A stretch of 64,000 bases of DNA from Hydrolagus colliei (GCA_035084275.1 CM068745.1:38502001-38566000); one strand, 5' to 3'. Positions 1-13,707 are shown, counted from the stretch's first letter. Numbers and translations are program-made. Notes: generated by a model not told the origin, from the letters alone.

Positions 1-431
1 ATCCTGCGATTCTGAAATCAAATGAGTGAGTTTGCTTATGTGGCCCAATATGTGGAAAAAACCAATACAAATCAACCTCATGTATCTCAGACAAGGAAAA
101 ATGGTACCCTGTTGGCACATTAAATACAAAAAAACTAATATGTTACCTAAATGTATGTAACTCAGAAAATGTGCAAATTCTTTGAAATTAATGAAATAAA
201 TTGGAGAATAGTTGAACAAAAATTGGATTTGCTTCTAGTGTTTCATCCAGGGAACCTGCAAGTCAGTCACACCATGATTTACTGCTGGTTGCCAGCAGGA
301 TTTCCTATTAACAGCCTTGCTGTTGGGGCAGCTTGGTGTGAACTGTCACTGTTTCAACCTCAGTGAAGTTCAAGAAGATAAATTGTTGAAATAGTACAAT
401 GCTATTTTTTAGTGAATTACATTATCTTTCA

Positions 432-606
432 GACACAGCAGTGTCTCACAAACAGTCGTGGATTTAAATGACCAATTTCTTTTTGAGAGATTATTATTAG
501 GTGTGTGGAGTAAGGAAACTTGCCCAAGGTTTCACCCTGCCTAGAATTGAACCAGGTCTCTCACTTGTGAGGGAAGTGTTCTAACCACTGAACTACAGGA
601 CTCCAC
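432..606 (-). mobile_element. tRNA-derived Deu-core SINE, 5' part (short subfamily)
   Basis: Reverse complement reads GTGGAGTCCTGTAGTTCAGTGGTTAGAACACTTCCC..., with pol III A/B-box-like motifs followed by the core CTGTTTGTGAGACACTGCTGTG shared with many other copies in the window. Confidence 0.8.
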
Positions 607-1149
607 AAATTGTAGCAGGCATTTTGCAAGATTTCAGTTGAAAATTTCTAAACTGCTTTCAAGTCCACAGAACTGGTTTGCACCAGAGATCTTTTTGAAA
701 ATTTGTCTTTTTTTTGGGTGGTGGGGAAGACAAAGAAAGTTGTACACATATCTGCTCAGATCCTGTGTTTGAATGCTGCTTTTATTGAATTTAGATGATC
801 AAGTGTACCATTCTCCCCCAAATGGATTGTGATAATATTTGTGGTAGTAATAGTAGATTGGCTACCATTCTCAATAATCAGTCATGAAATAGTGTGTAGC
901 TTGTCAAACCCTAAGTAGGAGAAAAAGCTAAAAAAATTAAGCATTTATATTACCTGCAAGATAATCTTTACCAATGCTCAGCAACAGAAAATTGTCAAGT
1001 TACAGAGGACATATTAAAAGGTGGTAAATTTATTTTAATATATAGCAAAAGCTTTTCTCCTTTATTTTTATTAGTGCTAACATACTTCATGGGCAAAGGG
1101 AGAATCGGAATCTAACTAAGTGGCCAATTATATATTTTTCTGCTGTACA

Positions 1150-1790
1150 ATAGAATTCTATTTTTTAAAATAAAATGGAACAGCATTCAAGGAGGAAATC
1201 TGAGATTGCAGCAGTGCTGAAATGCTACTTAGTATTCGAAATGCTAGACCATATTCAAGAACACAGCAAAGATTTTATTTGAAGTCATTGTAAAATCTCA
1301 AAAAGAGAGAAAATATTCAATGGAGTGGAAAAGCTGAGGGAATCCAAGGAACAAATGCACCAATTACTAATAACAGGAAAGCATAAAGTTATCAAAAATT
1401 GAATATAGTTGATGGGTGTATATAAGTAGCAGTATAGAATATAAATGTAAGGAAATCACATTGGAATTGTAGAGGACATTGATTAGACTGGATTTGGAAT
1501 ACTATGTTCAATTCTAGGTACCCCATCATAGTAAGAACATTGTAGAGATGGAAAAGACATGATACAGTTTCACAATGTTGTCTCATTGGCTTTGAGACAA
1601 TATACAGTGCTTATGAAGAAAGATTGATTCATTTCAATCACTTTCTTCTGGCGCAGGGAAAACAGAGGCAGATATGATGGAAGAGTTTAAGATTCTGAAG
1701 GAGAATGACAAGGGATGCAGGGAACACCTATTTCCTTTAGCTAGGTAATTGGTTGCAAGGGGACATGGTCTCAGGGATGTTATATAAAAA
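1150..1790 (+). mobile_element. Highly degraded CR1 LINE fragment (end of ORF2)
   Basis: Remnant wording such as GATTAGACTGGATTTGGAATACTATGTTCAATTCTAGGTACCCCAT ([11 protein letters not shown]-like) and AAGGGGACATGGTCTC (RGH.L). Confidence 0.55.
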
Positions 1791-1839
1791 AAGGGGAGTT
1801 GGGAGGACAAAACATTTTCAATCAGGAGGCTTCTAACTT

Positions 1840-2172
1840 TTGGACATCATCATCCTTGCTTTCAAAGCCACCCCGCACCCCTGAAGCCTTACTCCTTTCT
1901 ACCTCTGTGATTCTTCAGCTTTTCTGCCCCCACCATTTGGAACTCCTCTATCCTAAGGTTCCTTCATCTCACCCAACTTTGGCCTTCTTCAAGGCCAATA
2001 TCAAGACTCTCCTCTGTAACCACCCCTTCTGTCACCCTACAATCCCTACCCTCCTTGCCCTCCAACCTTCCTAACCCCAACAATCAACTCGGGTCCAAAT
2101 CCTTGACTATCCAGAACCTTGGGATGACCTGTTGATGTGAAAGGCATGATACTAATGTAATCTGTTGTTGTT
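1840..2172 (+). mobile_element. L2 LINE 3' end
   Basis: AFSFSAP.IWN.L-like remnant, pyrimidine-rich 3' UTR, tail CCTTGGGATGACC...GTGAAAGGC...(GTT)n. Confidence 0.75.
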
Positions 2173-2319
2173 GACAATGTGATTAATCCTTCTATATGTT
2201 ATATGACAATATTTTACTATACAGTACATGGTTTAAAATGATATATACTTTGGTGCTTTATTCCAACATAGTTTTCATTACAAAAAATTCCAGACCTTTT
2301 TCAACATCATTCTGAATAT

Positions 2320-2475
2320 GATAGCAATGATAGATTTAAGGATAAAGGGATTAAGGGATATGAGGATAAGACAGGCAGGTGGAGTTAGATTAGAAAATCA
2401 GGCATGATCTTATTGAATGGTGGGGCAGGCTCGCAATGGCCTACTCCTGCTCCTTATTTTTATGTTCTTATGATT
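2320..2475 (+). mobile_element. CR1 LINE 3' UTR and tail
   Basis: GATCTTATTGAATGGTGGGGCAGGCTCG...ATGGCCTACTCCTGCTCC...TTATGTTCTTATG; reverse complement of the CR1 tail at 54246-54330. Confidence 0.75.
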
Positions 2476-3224
2476 TTAAATTGATTGATTGACATAGTAC
2501 TGGATTAATGATTTAATTTTTAAAGACCCGCTAAACTGATTATACATAATTTGAAAATCAGTATTGATGACTTTTACTGTAGATGGATAGAGCAACTTTA
2601 ACACTTCACTAATTTGGAAGCTTACTTTGTAATTAATGGTGCATTCACAGGAAATAGGTCTGTTCTGTTTGATGCTACCCAAGGGACTCCATATTTCTAG
2701 CATGACCAATCATATTGGAATTTTATGAGAGCAGATAATAAATATGTTAAAATCCCTGAGTCTTTTTCCAAGAGAAAATACATATGCTCACATGGCGTTC
2801 ACAAAACCTCTTTAATTAATGTCAAGCTCCAATGAGATTAGTTCAGTTTGACAAAGAAAATCATCATTCCAAGAAATATGAATTTTAAATCAGTGGTATA
2901 ATAATGCACTCATTTTCCTAATAATTAACACCAATTATAATTTTTCATTTCTTTCTCTACTGATTGGAATTGTGGTCACCCTTGATAATGCCAGACAGAG
3001 AATCAGCAGAATAGAATTCTTATCTCCCTACATCCTGTGTAATCGAGTGAGCTTCCCGTCGCTAATGTATACAAGTCCTCATTTTGTGATGTGCTATTTG
3101 TAGGAGGTTTTCAAAATTCTGAAAAAAAATTAGAGGAAACCCTCTAAATGCTGGCTTGTGAATTAGTAACAAGGAGATTAAGCACTATTCATAAAGAGAA
3201 GGGAGTTTCTCTCAGTGTTCCACC

Positions 3225-3680
3225 CAAACACCTCCACGTAAAATTGGTCATTCATTTCATTGCTGTTTGTGAGGAGTATGTAGAGGGTGAAGAGGAGGGG
3301 ACTGAGGACAGAGCCCTGAGGAACGCCACACAAGATAGTGCGGGGGCTGGAAGAAAATCCGTTAGCGGACACTAAGTGGAATATGTTATGAAAGTTAAGA
3401 CCGGAACTAGTCAAGCACAGAACCTTGAAGTTTGAGGTGGGAGAAGAGGCAGTGGAGGAGGATTGAGTGTTTCACAGTATCAAAGGTGATGGATAGGTCG
3501 AAAAGGACGAGGAGGCAGAGGGAGCCCTGGTTACAAATGGTCAGGATATCATTTATGACATTTACCAGAGCAGTTTCCTTGCTGTGGGCAGCACGAAAGT
3601 CTGATTGTAGGGGCTTATGGAAGGAGTGGGATGAGAGGAAGGAGTGAAGCTGGGAGGCAACGACTCTTTCAAGGAGGAGC
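3225..3680 (-). mobile_element. L2 LINE reverse transcriptase fragment
   Basis: ORFs 3407-3730 (LERVVASQL...QSDFRAAHSKETALV...LVLFDLSITFDTV.H) and 3178-3414 (GVPQGSVLSPLLFTLY), which are RT domain motifs. Confidence 0.9.
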
Positions 3681-4089
3681 AAGATATCTGTGGATTGGGG
3701 TTCCCTTTCCCCAGAAAAACAAGTTAACATACTATGTCAAGCTCAGAAATTGTAGACAAATTAACCTAACATATGAGGCAAATGTGGAGAACATTATAAA
3801 GACCACATACATGGGATCTAAAACATGCTATTCAAATTATTTGCAATTATGGCATTTTAAACCCTTTGAAGGTACCATCAGCTTGAAGTTCGAAATGTTA
3901 AGTCATGTTTCACAAAGTTTGGGGGAAATACTGAAATGTGAATAAAGCTCTCAAGTGGACATAACAGACTTGGATTACCCACACCCACCACAAAAAAAGC
4001 ATATGTTAGAATTCCAAATGTAAGTCTTTTAAAGAGTAAATTTCATTTAATGAAATTGACTTGACAGCTCAAGATAATATTTTGAATAG

Positions 4090-5640
4090 CTGTACACCCA
4101 TCGAGCTTGATTGATTGAAAATATGCTTAGTACAGTAGTAGGAAGCCCGAGGCAGTGAGTTGTGGAGCTTGAAAAGAGTCTGTTCCATATCCCCTACTGT
4201 TCACCCTATTCATAAATGACTTGAAGGAGAGCACTTTACGTAATATTATAACATCTACTAATGATATCAAGCTATGTTTTCAGATGAACAATATAAAGAA
4301 TGATATAAAGAGGACAAGAAGTAGCGTACAAGAAATTCTGGACTAATTAAGCAGATGTTATCAAGAATAGAGGATGGATTTTAATATAGATCAATATAAA
4401 TTAATGCATATTACACCATATGCATGCAATAGGTTTCAGTTTTTGGTTCTGGACCAGAAATGACTTTGAATGTGATTACTATATTGACCATGCACTGAAA
4501 GTTTCCAAACAGTGTGAAGCTACTGTCAACAAAACTGATCAAACTAATCAAATACTTCAGAAAGATACTTGACTGAAACTCAAAATACATTATTCTAACT
4601 GCACAGATCACCTGCAAGATCACATGTGGAATATTATGTGCAGGATATTGATGCATTGCAAAAGATTCATAGAAAATAAAACAACATTGGATTTTGGAAT
4701 GTGGCATTCAACACCTATTATTTTTTGAGATAGTAACATGCTGATTTGACAGTTGTAAAGCACAATGTATATAAACACATATACAAAGAACCAGATGAAA
4801 CATAGAAAGTTAATTGTAAAACATGGACTTGAATTAGTAATTGGTAAAGGGCAGTATGTAGAGGATAATCTTTACAAGAGCTAAGTCCCAATAATGGCGT
4901 AATATTGATGTTTTCTATATGTGTGGCGGGGGTGGGTTGGTGGGGGGGTACTAAGTACTAAGAGAGGTTTATACTAGGAACCATTCTGGTTCTACCATAA
5001 ATAAGATAACCAAGCTCAATGTATTGGCAGTTGACATTAAACTAGGAGGGAACTGTTGAATTGGAGGATTGGGCTGATGGACACCGTACTCATTTGAAAC
5101 TACTGTAATAAATTCTGGAATTATAAAATCAAAAGCCTTTTCCATCCATCCAACATCCATACTACTGTAATTTTTGGAAAGATTTGCAAATATGTGAAAT
5201 TTTTTTAAATTGTTGCTGAGGGGAGAGGGAACATAAATGGGTCTTGGAGACATGAATGATGTCAGAAAAACAAACTATTGGATTTACACCATGAAAGTAG
5301 GATTAGAGGAATTAACTTTAATTGTAGAAGGTCTTAAACAGTACTGGAGATTATTTTTCTTGCCAAATGATGTATAGGTGGAATAGGTTCCTAAGAAATG
5401 CAATTAAAAACTGCTGGATATGTATCTGCTTGAAAATGTTAGTGTAAAATATAGGGGTAGATCCAGAATTAGGTGAACAAATCTTGTGTGAGACACAACT
5501 ATATCTGTGCTGCAAGAGTGCAGGTGGGGGATTTGGCTGAAGGAAGAGGGCACAGCATACAGAGGATGTGTGGATGGATTCATACTCTTTAATTTTTGCT
5601 TTAAAACTTTCCCCAGGAGATTGTAGAATTGGTGGAATGA
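4090..5640 (+). mobile_element. Very old CR1-like LINE relics
   Basis: CCCCTACTGTTCACCCTATTCATAAATGACTTG (PLLF.LFINDL), MDFNIDQYKLMH-like stretch, later RIVELVE/W remnant. Confidence 0.45.
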
Positions 5641-5829
5641 AATTGCCAAGAAAAGCCCATTTGATCCTCCATGCTTGTTCTTTCCTTGACTGTCCAGCAC
5701 CTCATGACATCCTCCCAACATGAAAGGCACTCTATAATTTTTTGTTGTTTTTTGTTGTTGTATCCATAGATCACTTACAGCCTATACTAGTGAATTTAAT
5801 TTGTATATTACAGCAGCATTTAACAAGAA

Positions 5830-6970
5830 TGACAAAATTACATTTGCATAGCATGATTCACGTCAGAAGGACGTCCCAAGGCACCGGACAGTCAGTCAAT
5901 GTTTTGGACCTGAGCTGGGATCGGGATCAGGGAGGTTGGAGGGAAGGGAGAGAAATGGGGGTGACCGATGACATGGTCGAAGAGAAGGGTCTTGAGGTTG
6001 GACTTGAAGGTGACGTGGGAGGGGGCGAGGCGGAGAGATTGCAGGATGGAATTCTGAAGTTTGGGGGCAGAGTGGCTGAAGGCTCACCTGGGTCGAGGTA
6101 CATGGAGCAGGCTGGAGCCCACTGAGCAGAGGGAGCTGACAGGTTGGTAGAGGTTTAGGAGGTCACAGAGTAAGGGTGGGACATGGCCACGGACAGCTTT
6201 AATGGTGAAGGTCTTGAATTGAATCTTCAGACTGATGGGAAGCCAATGGAGTTGGGCAAGAATAGAGAAGATATGGTCATGGAGCTTGGTGAGGGACATG
6301 AGCTGCAGAGGTCTGGATGAACTGTGGCTTATGGAGGGAGGAGATGCAAAGTCTGACAAGCATAGTCAAATTTGGACGTGATGAAGGCACGGATGAGAGT
6401 TTCAGCGGCCTAAGTCATGAAGTAGTGGCAGAGTGGGGCGATGTTGCAGAGGTGAGACAAGGCAAAACGGGTCATGGTATGGATGTGGGGGACAAAAGAC
6501 ACCAGATTCCTGACTGGCTTGGTGAAGTGGAGTTTGCATCCATGGAGGATGATGCTGCCAGTGCCTGAAGTGTGGAGGCATTGGCATGAGCCAATCAGGT
6601 GAGCCTCATTGACATTCAACTGCAGAAAGTCAGCTCACATCCAGGATTTGATGTCCAACAGGCAGTCTGTCAGGAAAGTAGTGATAGCAGTTGTTTAGAA
6701 TGTCATTAGAGACTTTGACTAAGGCTGTCTCTGTGCTGTGGGCAGCACGGAAGCCGGATTGGAATAATTCAAAGAAGGAATAATGAGAAAGAAAGAAGTG
6801 AAGCTGGAATGCAATGACTTGTTCCAGAGCCTTGAAGAGGAATGGGAAGTTAGAGATGGAGTGGTAACTGGAGATTAGGTATAGGTCCAGGGAAGGTGTG
6901 TTCAGGATGTGGATGATGACAGCTGGGGGTGGGAACAGTGCCGATGGATAAGGAGAGGTTGATGATGGTT
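5830..6970 (-). mobile_element. L2 LINE 3' region (RT C-terminus, 3' UTR and tail)
   Basis: ORF 6084-6359 LAQLHWLPISLKIQFKT; LQLNVN motif near 6610; L2 tail at 5830-5890. Confidence 0.9.
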
Positions 6971-7051
6971 AATGATGATTTAACAATCAGTGTAAAATAT
7001 TACAATAGATTGTATAAATCTTTACAATGGGGGTTATTTATTAAAATAGTG

Positions 7052-7366
7052 GCACCTGTATGTGTTTGCACTTGGTAAATTTATCCCTGCAAAATAGACT
7101 CCAAACATTATATTAATATATGTTCGCGATGTATCCGCAACGTAATAACAAAACAACGTTGACCGAAGCAACATTAAGCAAGGTCTACCTGTACTTCCAG
7201 ACATCACATCATGAGAAGCTAGAGCATCTTTAAAGACTGGAAAAGTTAAACTACAATAAAAAAAAGGGTAGAAATCAAATCTACCTGCCAAAGCAATGTT
7301 TATTCATTTAATTTTTGTCCAAGTGACATAAACTAGTATACTAGTACAATATAACTTAACAGGTGC
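7052..7366. mobile_element. Possible MITE with imperfect TIRs
   Basis: GCACCTGT at 7052 and ACAGGTGC ending 7366; the inverted similarity extends imperfectly for about 30 bp; CpG-rich interior; no clear TSD. Confidence 0.4.
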
Positions 7367-8419
7367 ACATAGAATCATGATTTCATAGTTTTTACATTGA
7401 ATTAGTGTTTTATAAATATAAAAGGCAACTCAAGAGTTATAGACAGTAACATCTTATCAGCATTTGGAAGTCTTTAGTGAATAAATTGCTTCAGTTTTGC
7501 TCCAGTGAATTCTGCCATAATCTAAACCTGCTTTGTTATGTTACTGCAATGTAACACCTTCATGCTATCCATTAATTTATTTGTATTAATAATGATTTTC
7601 CAGATAAGTATCACCACTTATAAAAGACTACACTTATTTTCATTTGTTTAATAGTACATTACTGTGCAGCTAAACTAAAGCATTTATCAAAGATTGTGTT
7701 CTTGCATTTTTTTCACTGCAGAAAGGTAAATGTGCAGTAAATAGACAATAAATAATTTTGTTGGACTAAGACTTCGATCAGGATAAGCAACAGAGTTTAA
7801 GGCTGATAATGTGTAATTTATTTGTTGGCTTTATCTACCGAGATAGCAAAAAGCAAAAGAAAATTCTGCAATACAGAATTTAATGACCCATGTTTCACAT
7901 AACAACCATTCACCCAGACAGTGTGATACAGTGTGATAGAATTACTCTATCTGCTTGTCATGTGGATTTGACACATCTGACATTTTGATAAGTTTCAACC
8001 TTTACTGGCAATTTGTGTATCCTTCCAGCCATGAACTGGGCTAACCAAGAAACAAATATCTTTGGATAAGAAAATCACATTGAAATATTAAATTTTTTCA
8101 GGATGAATTTAAATTTAAAATTTGGATGTTTTAACTTTTTGAAATAAAGTCACATTAAATAAAGTATAAATCAGGAGTTATTTGTCATAGTTAGCCTAAG
8201 GCAAAAAAAAAATATGTCTTCCATAGTTTACTAAGACAACACAAACAACTGAAGATTCTATACTTTGCAAGACTATAAATAATAAAGTAGAAGGGCTTTG
8301 ACCAATATAGTTATAATAGGAGTATAAATGTCAAAGTACTCATTTTAATTCAATAAAGCACCTCTCATGTTATCTCACAGTTCTGTTCAAAAGGAGTACC
8401 AGTCAGAGTAGATAAAATA

Positions 8420-8740
8420 CAAGCAAGAGACCTGGGTTCCATTCCCGGTGGGGCAAAATGTTAAGCAAATTTACACGCCTGCACACAGTTCTATTTACTT
8501 AGCAGTAAGTAATAACAATTGTTAGTCAATTGGCAGATCACTTTTCTGGAGGCAATAATTCCTAAAAATATAGTCAACGACTGTTTGTGGGACACTGCTG
8601 TGTGCAACCGGCTGCCATGTTTCACCCACAAAATATACATTCAATTCACTTTACTATATATTTGATGAAGCGTCCTGAGACAGCTTCAAGACATGCTAAG
8701 GCACTATATCAACTGCAAGGATTAATATTATTATTATTAA
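8420..8740 (+). mobile_element. Deu-core SINE (long subfamily, 5'-truncated head)
   Basis: GCAAGAGACCTGGGTTCCATTCC B-box region, internal AGCAGTAAGTA insert, core, ...GCAAGGATTAAT(ATT)n tail. Confidence 0.85.
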
Positions 8741-8984
8741 AAGTGAGTAGGTTTCTGATCCACCGATTATAATGGTCTTTGCCCACTATAGGAAACTGCT
8801 CTTGCAGGCACCTGCTCAACAATTATCTTGAATACTATCAACTGACATATTACCACACACTTGCACACATGTTAAAGTGTTAAAAATATGCCCTGCATGT
8901 CTGAAACATTGACTGTCCAGTGCCTGGGGAGGTCATCTGGATGTGAAAGGCACTACACAAATGTAATTTTGTTTGTTATTCTAT

Positions 8985-9990
8985 GCAAACAGATCCCTGC
9001 TGCACATGTGAAGAGCACATTTCAAGTTTGTTAATGAATGCTTCTATCCGATCATTAACAATGAAAACATTTGCATTTCATCCCTGAAGTGATACATTGA
9101 GAGAATTCAGTCATTCCAATATGTCTCCCAGATAATCCATTGAAGCACGTCAACAAAGCAAGCCAACGAGTGTCGCTGAATTGTCGCTGAACTCTCCTAC
9201 AAATGGAGAGTTACTATTAGCAAAATAAGTATGTGCAGTTCACGGTGTCTCGTACCTTACCCCTGAACAGCCAACTAACCTCCGTATGCAGCAATAACTG
9301 TGTGAAGTTTGCCCTCACCTCTTTGAATGAAATGGCAAAAAGCCTTGAATTACTTGGCTGTGCCTTTATAAAGCTCACAATTTTCACTACATTAGTGGAA
9401 ATATTGCTGAATTTCTCCAGCATCTTCATGGCAGCAAACACTTGTCTGTGGATCATGGAATTATTCCAGATGACTGAAGGGGCAAGTGCCTGCAACCTTG
9501 TCACAAGCCTGCTATGCCGTCTTGACTTAGAGCAGGCAATTCCATCGATACAAATTCCCAAATAATATCCCCAATCAAGGCATGTATCTTGGAAAAAATA
9601 TTTAATATGTTAAAAAGCCCTTCACCAACTACTCATGTAGGTAATGAACAGCAAAACAGAAATTATTCCTTCAGTTCTGTACCAGTGAAATAATAATATA
9701 TATAAACCAACAGGTGTGCAGCGTTCGATATATTGGTAGAATCGGCAGTCTGAATGATACAGTATGGGCTCTGCAGAACACACTGATACTAAGGTACAGT
9801 GCCTTATTGCCAGACACCAGCTTAACATAAAGGATTGCGTACTGTCATTTGTCCAAACTTTATTATATACAACCCATTAAGGCTGTGACACAACGCTCGA
9901 TCCACTCCATCAGAAATCCCAGTTGTAAATAAATTCTGTTTTGCTAGAAGCTTTGCTGCTGCCTTCACTTTTTCTTGTTGGATACCGGTA
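8985..9990 (-). pseudogene. Degraded hAT-Charlie/Buster (ZBED5/SCAND3-like) transposase
   Basis: ORF 9217-9561: GICIDG...MIHRQVFAA...VVKIVSFIKAQPSNSRLF...LLLHTEVSWLFRGKV matches the Charlie motifs TDGA, CxxH and HTEVRWLSRGK; downstream LNSLNVSLQG...IEAFINKL; stops and frameshifts on both sides. Confidence 0.85.
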
Positions 9991-10849
9991 TGTTTTTCTC
10001 ACTTAGTCACAAAACAACAACAATAATTTGCATTTATATAGCACCCCTAGGGTAGAAAGGCAAGATGATCCCTTGATTGACCATGGATTGAGGATTGAGG
10101 ATTGTTTGACATACAGCCAGCAGAGCCCCACCCTCTGTTTGAGCGTGTCACCTTTTAGATGGTTATTACACAGAGAGTGACTGTCCCACCCTCCTTCTCC
10201 TTGCACTCTGATTGGTGGCCTGATTCAAATCAGGGCCTCATCTATGTCAATATAAATGTCCAGATACAAAGGTTATAAAAATAATTACAGACTAGTTAAG
10301 AAGAGATGTGAGAAGTATATGTGCTCAAAACACATTGACTGGTTTCTTTTGGCAACCATAAATCTGAGAGGACTGTCAGACCAAACAAATTCCAAGACTC
10401 AATTCTTCAAATAAATTGAAAACTTTGATTGAAAGAATTGTATCAAGTTCAGAGCAAGATTAACATTCAGACATAAAAGATTCCTGATGTGTGCAGAATT
10501 GACGTACAGAAATTGCACCACTTCTTAATCTTGTGTAGCTATTCTGAATCTGATTGGCTTTCTGATCAGCATTTTGTAATAAATATAGAGATTGTTTCTA
10601 TATGATCAGACCCAATCAAAGAAAAAGATTAGCAGAAGCCTGATTTTTCTCTACCTTGGAGTCTATGGAATAGGCAACACTTTTGATCATAGAGAAACGT
10701 AAGGGCATGTCTACTTAGTCAAGTGGATGTTAAAAAGAAGAGTTTATTTTAGTGTACCGGCCAACATTCCTACAGAATGAATTGGTAGAAAGAATTTCCC
10801 AGCTCTCTGTTTTTGTTTCCTATAGAATTAATTGGTCATTGACTTCATG

Positions 10850-11090
10850 GCAGTTTGTGGGACATTGCTGTCTACAAATTGACTGCTGCATTCAACAACA
10901 ACAACAAAACTATATTTGTAGAGTTCCTTTCACGTCGGAAGGGTATCCCAAGGTGCTGCTGTATTTATACATACACAAGTACATTCACCTACAATTACAC
11001 AGTCACTGCATAGTAAAATTATGTGAAATGCTTTGAGATGTCTCAAAATTGTGACAGGACACTATGTCACATGCAAGGATTATTATTAGA
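10850..11090 (+). mobile_element. Partial Deu-core SINE interrupted by an antisense L2 tail (about 10893-10955)
   Basis: Core GTTTGTGGGACATTGCTG, inserted (CAA)n...CCTTTCACGTCGGAAGGGTATCCCAAGG, then the SINE tail ...GCAAGGATTATTATT. Confidence 0.75.
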
Positions 11091-11104
11091 GAACTTCCAC
11101 CTGT

Positions 11105-11119
11105 AGCGCCCTCTAGTGA
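11105..11119 (-). promoter_or_regulatory. CTCF-like motif
   Basis: AGCGCCCTCTAGTGA; reverse complement TCACTAGAGGGCGCT is one mismatch from the CTCF core CCACTAGAGGGCGCT, and the CpG is retained. Confidence 0.45.
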
Positions 11120-12348
11120 GAACTCAATTATAAAAAGTTCCAAGAATCCTTGCACCCAGCTGAAGAAGAATGTGTTTCACAAGAATTAAGACAGGTGTGA
11201 GTATTACAGAAAAGATAGACTGCTGTACTGCTGTTACTAAAGGCTGTTTCATGTAGCTGAATAAGGATCTGCCTTGGTTACGCGAATGCTGTACTTTGCT
11301 CATGGTGTGATGTAATCTTTTATCTCAATACTGTAATTTTAGCAACTTGAAAAACATCGTTTTTTTAAAATCACCCAGATTTGTTTTATTTTTCATAACA
11401 TTTTAATCATGAGTTTCAATTTCTTCAGTCCGAAGCACTTGAATGCTTTTGTGGAAAGTTGTGTCTTGTGCCTCATAACACAATGTATTCATTGTAGAGT
11501 ACTGACATAACCTACCAGCCACAACATTGGCATCAGTTAATGACATTATTCTCGTGTACAAAATTTTACATTCTGGAGAGGTGGGCTTCCAATTTTGGTA
11601 TTTGGTCTAACCCTCTTATTTCAACGTATTCCAGGTCCAGGCCTAGCATGAGAGCACCATGGACCCGTAATACACTTACATGTGGTTTAGGAACTGACTA
11701 GCCAGCTTCCTGCACATAGGATGTAGATACTGATGCTTAAAGATTGCCTCCATATATCAGCTGTGTCTCTGTTGTCGTCATCCCCCAGCCTCTGGGAAAT
11801 GATCATAAAAGACTTGCAGCTGAATAGCTAGCTTCTATCACAAAATGTTCAGGGCTCATTGACATAAGCAGTGACCAAATAATTTCAAAAGTGCTGCACA
11901 ATAAAGCTTCCCCCCCACCACCCCCCACCCCACTGTTTTAAGGTAATATCTAATGTTATGGACTTTTTACTTGTATCATAATGGGGTCAGACTATAGCTC
12001 TTGAAATCAAATTAGTTTATGCTACTCATGAGTCACCACTGGAACTTTTCAAGAATGCAATTGCCTTGACACAGAAGTATATATAGCTGAAAAAAACACC
12101 AATAAAATGAAAGACCAAGAATATCATGAATATGTTGCTATGGAATGCAGCCTTGCAATATCAATTACCTTACACCTAAATTATAGGTGTATCAGAATAC
12201 AAAAAAAACACACAAAATAATTTAAAAATCTGTGAAAACATAATTTCTCATTCCATGTATCTATTATATAAAGAAAATGCATTTATGCTTTCACCAGCTG
12301 ACAAACAAGCTTTTCCTTCAAACCATTCCCCAAGAGATGATAGAATTT

Positions 12349-12645
12349 GACTCCTATAGCTTAGCGGTTGGAACACTCGCCTTGCAAGCGAGAGACCTGG
12401 GTTTGATTCCAGGCAGGGCGAAACCTTGGACAAATTTCCTTACTCCACAAGCCTGATAATAATCCCTAAACAAAAAATTGGTCATTTGAATCAACGACTG
12501 TTTGTGGGACGCTAGTATGCGCAATTGGCTGCTGCGTTTCGCCCACAAAATATATAGTCAATTTGCTTTACAGTATACTTTGTGAAGTGCTTTGAGGCGT
12601 CTCGAAGACGTGCTATATTAAAAATTCAAGGACTATTATTATTAT
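12349..12645 (+). mobile_element. Full-length tRNA-derived Deu-core SINE (short subfamily)
   Basis: Head with anticodon-like arm CTCGC-CTTGCAA-GCGAG, B box GGTTTGATTCC, core, (ATT)n tail. Confidence 0.9.
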
Positions 12646-12739
12646 AGAATTGGTAGCTGGAATAGACAAGAATAAGCCATTCGATGTTTGAGGATTACTT
12701 TCCACAGATCACTCAAAGCTTACACATCTCTCCATTTAA

Positions 12740-13707
12740 TCTTGGTAAATGGTTTCTCCTTCCGCCCTCGCTCGATCATTCCAGGCTACCCCAGGGTTCC
12801 ATCCTTGGTCCTCTTCTTTTCCTTGTCTATATGCTCCTTCTGGGTGATGTCATCTGCAGACATGCGGTAAGCTTCCACATCGATGGCACACAAATCTACT
12901 TTACCTCCTCCAGTACCAACTCCATGTCTGCCGATGTTCTATCAGCTTGTCTGGCAGACATCAGGGCCTGGATGTTTGCCAACTTCCTGCAGCTGAATGT
13001 AGACAAGATGAAAGCCATACTCCTTGACTTCAATCATCGTCTTCATTCCTGCAGATCTGAACTCCTTAACCTTCCTAGGCGTTCCCTCACAGTCACTGAA
13101 CAGGTGTGCCATCTAGGCATCCTGTTTGTCCCCCAGCATTCTTTCTCCCACCCCCCGCCACCCACTAACATCTGGTCCCTGGCTAAGTACACCACTTCTA
13201 CCGCCTCCAACCATACTTTACACCAAATGCAGCCAAAGTCCTCATGCTTGCATTTGTCACCTCCTGCCTGGATTACTCAAATGTACTCCTCGCCGATCTT
13301 CGGAGCTCCACTATTCAAAAGATCCAGCTCATTCAAAACTCTGCCACCCGCACGCTTATCCAAACCAAACTTTACACCTATATCTCTCCAGTTCTGGTCA
13401 GGCTCCACTGCTTCCCCATCACTGAATGGATCGACTTCAAAATCATCACATTAGTGTTGAAATCCCTTCACTCTCTAGCACCACCCTACCTTTTCGACCT
13501 CCTCACTCCCCAATCCACCACTCAGCACCTCCACTCAACTGGCACCGATCTTTTGCTCATCTCTCGCACTCTCCACTCTACCATTGGAGGTCGCGCTTTC
13601 AGCCACTATGCTACGAAACTCTGGAATACTCTCCTTTATTCCCTCTGCTTTGCCCCCACTCTCCACTTTTTGAAGTCCCACCTGAAAACCTTCCTCTTCG
13701 ACTACAT
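12740..13707 (+). mobile_element. L2 LINE ORF2 C-terminal fragment
   Basis: ORFs 12684-13454 (PQGSILGPLLFLVYM...DGTQIY...FLQLNVDK) and 13244-13753 (AFVTSCLDYSN...IDFK...GGRAFSHYATKLWN), frameshifted. Confidence 0.95.

Noticed and set aside
11680-11790. Minus-strand exon ending at a gtaagt donor
   Set aside because: All three frames from the best acceptor contain stops.
12349-12425. tRNA gene (TGC anticodon-like arm)
   Set aside because: It continues into SINE body and tail and occurs in many diverged copies, so it is a SINE head.
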